64,000 nt of DNA from Candidatus Enterousia sp. (GTDB taxonomy: Bacteria > Pseudomonadota > Alphaproteobacteria > Rs-D84). A model generated the notes under the pieces. The model ran no database searches. It worked only from the letters and a program-made list of their open reading frames with translations, and was not told the DNA's origin. Shown here in pieces: positions 63,001 to 64,000 of this stretch; position 1 is the stretch's first letter, and every line of letters begins with the position of its first letter. The translations under genes and the position numbers were made by a program. The stretch covers positions 1,785-65,784 of the forward strand of contig JAZLAV010000007.1 of the NCBI GenBank assembly GCA_045613315.1, read 5' to 3'.

Positions 63001-64000
63001 TACAATTCTAAATGCAAGGAGAAGAATATGAAATTTAACGCAGTAGTAGGAAACCCTCCTTATCAGGTTAGTGATGGTGGTGGTACTGGAGATAGTGCAA
63101 AACCAATATATAATTTATTTGTAGATGCAGCTAAATTGTTAAACCCACAATTCGTATCTATGATTATGCCTTCTAGATGGTTAAAAAAGGGTAAGGGTTT
63201 AGACTCATTTAGAGCAGAAATGATGTCTGATACAAGAATACGGACAATTCATGATTTTGCTGACGAACATGAGTGTTTTCCAGGAGGTGTGCATATTGAT
63301 GGTGGTATAATGTTCTTTTTATGGGACAAGCATTATGATGGTAAAGTAAAATACTTATTCAAGCCGGCTAATGGTGAATTAGAGGTTTCTGAAAGGTTCT
63401 TAAAAACAGATCTTTCAAGCACGGTTGTGAGAGACGCCAGACAAATATCCATTCTAGAGAAAATAGCAAAACATAAAAAAACGTCATTTAGTCAGCTTGT
63501 ATCTATAAGAAATAATTATGGTTTTGCAACGGATTTATTCAATAGACCGCAAAATTATCCAGACGCACATCTTTGTTTGGAAAAACAAAACAAAAATTTT
63601 GTAAAAATATATGGCGTAAAGGGTAACAAAGGCGGAGCTAAACGTGTAATAGGCTATGTCGATAAAAATAGTATAAAAAAAGATTTGTCTTCAGTAAATC
63701 TGTATAAATTGTTCTTTTCTTATGCTTACTCAACTGGGGCAACTGTGCCACCGGAAATTATTGTTGGGAAACCAGGAGAAATTGCCACAGAAACGTTTTT
63801 ACGTATAGGACCATTTGATAATGAATTATATTGTAAGAACTGTTTAAATTACATGAAATCGAAGTTCTTTAGAGCATTGTTATTTTTTAACAGAATATCA
63901 AAAAATTCGTCACAGACTACTTTTGAACTTATACCTGTTCAAGATTTCACAGATAAGTCTGACATAGATTGGTCTAAATCTATTGCTGAAATAGACAAAC
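60037..64000 (+). CDS. fusion protein of T5orf172/GIY-YIG-like domain, SF2 helicase and gamma-class N6-adenine DNA methyltransferase (Type ISP-like); 3' end beyond the window
   Basis: Absent from the ORF track because it has no stop in the window. I read 1,321 codons without a stop from ATG 60037, which overlaps the upstream TGA. N-terminus: KLIYVFSMP..GALKIGEAT...DHDVHKVL...GSKEWYIV. Helicase: LWYAKMRFGKTLTA (motif I), VIIDEAHEG (II), LSGTP (III), TISCGRLTTGVTVPEW and QTIFRV (VI). Methyltransferase: ILEINSKSGLYPL (degenerate motif I) and FNAVVGNPPYQ (motif IV). Confidence 0.8.
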   Translation, partial: MSNFESAFSGYKLIYVFSMPYADHEGALKIGEATINTDGSPDALTPNCQELNAAANKRIKQYTQTAGLRYDLLYTELAKTNAGKAFSDHDVHKVLNRSNIKKKQFEEVDGSKEWYIVGLDVVKNAIQAVKEDRKSLDPNEVISSCTPIHLRDEQKDAVKKTIKRFKSGHNRMLWYAKMRFGKTLTAMSLVGELGLKRTIIITHRPVVKDGWYDDFKKLFCDKPEYKFASRTVGENFADVERDAKHDRCKYLYFASIQDLRGAEAAGGKFDKNDAIFSTDWDMVIIDEAHEGTQTELGKNIAELLVKDKTYLLQLSGTPFNLLDNIDEDEVYTWDYIMEQRAKADWHKKHLGEPNPYASLPKMNIFTYDMSQIEGGKYGSYTEDKYFNFSEFFKTKPNGDFVHEDDIRGFLNLLVNDKTDSNYPFSKQEYRDNFRHSLWMVPGVKEAKALSKLLKEHPVFGKFNIANVAGDGDEETNFKDALDLVRKAITDHPQDTYSITISCGRLTTGVTVPEWTAVFMLAGAYSTAASTYMQTIFRVQSAANINGRIKENCFVFDFAPDRTLKCVAESVKVSTRAGKTRATDRVIMEDLLQFCPIISVTGSHMNPYNVNGMLEQLKRAYIDRIVTHGFEDPNLFNRDMLLQLDKSAVEKFDALQQLVGSSTSKSSDTDKAKKIIVTDNGMNPDGAKQTNQPPQTPLTDAERAALEERKEAKSKREKALKALKGVAIRIPMLIYGADIDVNQDIDLEQFVDMVDPISWDEFMPRGIDKEVFKQFIPYFDRDAFIGAGKEIRQRIKRADRMEPTTRTRFMTALFSTFKNPDKETVLTPWRVVNMHMGDCLGGYNFYDSEYKNPIPDTEDVRYMDIPDVTDEVFGPKDTKILEINSKSGLYPLYVTYTIWRKRCTENNIDITKLTEDDTLFAKALETWDSVVQNNVYIICKTQMAKSITQRTLCGYRDVKINAHAFDNLITMIKDGKSNKFIEKATSCDTYNSKCKEKNMKFNAVVGNPPYQVSDGGGTGDSAKPIYNLFVDAAKLLNPQFVSMIMPSRWLKKGKGLDSFRAEMMSDTRIRTIHDFADEHECFPGGVHIDGGIMFFLWDKHYDGKVKYLFKPANGELEVSERFLKTDLSSTVVRDARQISILEKIAKHKKTSFSQLVSIRNNYGFATDLFNRPQNYPDAHLCLEKQNKNFVKIYGVKGNKGGAKRVIGYVDKNSIKKDLSSVNLYKLFFSYAYSTGATVPPEIIVGKPGEIATETFLRIGPFDNELYCKNCLNYMKSKFFRALLFFNRISKNSSQTTFELIPVQDFTDKSDIDWSKSIAEIDK

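Larger units (their letters stand above)
47760..64000. mobile_element. A+T-rich mosaic genomic island (integrase, AlpA-like, TA, defence-type genes, gene fragments, repeat modules); the right end lies beyond the window
   Basis: The sequence turns visibly more A+T-rich after the MFS gene. The region holds a tyrosine integrase, an integrase fragment, duplicated modules, higBA and R-M-like genes. No housekeeping genes. Confidence 0.65.

Noticed and set aside
1-64000. rRNA genes, IS elements or transposases
   Set aside because: No rRNA-like sequence is present. No ORF shows DDE, HUH or serine-recombinase transposase signatures. The only recombinases are the tyrosine integrase (55703) and the integrase fragment (49979-50206).

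Overview
The window holds about 47.7 kb of core chromosome followed by an A+T-rich genomic island from about 47.8 kb to the right edge. The core looks alphaproteobacterial in gene content (lpxI, paired OMP beta-barrels, VirB-type pieces); that taxonomic call is inference only. All homology calls below are motif-level reading from memory, not database searches.

**Core genes.** gap, miaA, priA, lpxI, birA, dnaB, ppiD-like, tpiA, grpE, yraN, ackA, tatD, tcdA, a CaCA antiporter, an MFS transporter, tRNA-Glu, tRNA-Asp and tRNA-Lys.

**Leads, strongest first:**
1. **T7-type podovirus particle module (14.3-27.2 kb).** It carries wall hydrolase, holin-like, scaffold, Lys/Ala-rich protein, gp10-like capsid, gp11- and gp12-like tail tube, gp17-N-like fibre adaptor, terminase and gp8-like portal genes.
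   - It has host-like composition and sits between birA and ppiD/tpiA/grpE.
   - It has no integrase, replication genes, small terminase or internal core proteins.
   - Its large terminase is cleanly split into ATPase and nuclease halves by an opposite-strand block carrying dnaB.
   - Two Mtd-N-type fibre genes lie 4-10 kb away.
   - The module and one fibre gene each follow a near-consensus promoter and then intrinsic terminator(s).
   - I read this as a candidate domesticated, GTA-like podoviral particle system under antitermination control.
2. **Repeat architecture of the island.** Three roughly 200-bp modules carry phased TGTGTAGC boxes. Four cassettes downstream of the integrase share one architecture, but their repeated 7-8-mers co-vary between cassettes.
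3. **Candidate defence cargo in the island.**
   - A three-gene operon ends in an edge-truncated ORF of more than 1,321 aa, absent from the ORF track, that fuses T5orf172/GIY-YIG-like, SF2 helicase and N6-adenine methyltransferase domains (Type ISP-like).
   - An unknown 216-aa gene is coupled to DUF488, with a second DUF488 copy nearby.
   - higBA is present.
   - An AAA/DUF4143 ATPase has a PD-(D/E)xK-like tail.

**Other items.** A promoter-to-terminator delimited sRNA candidate with anti-SD tracts, scattered VirB11 / VirB7-VirB8-like genes, and several gene fragments.
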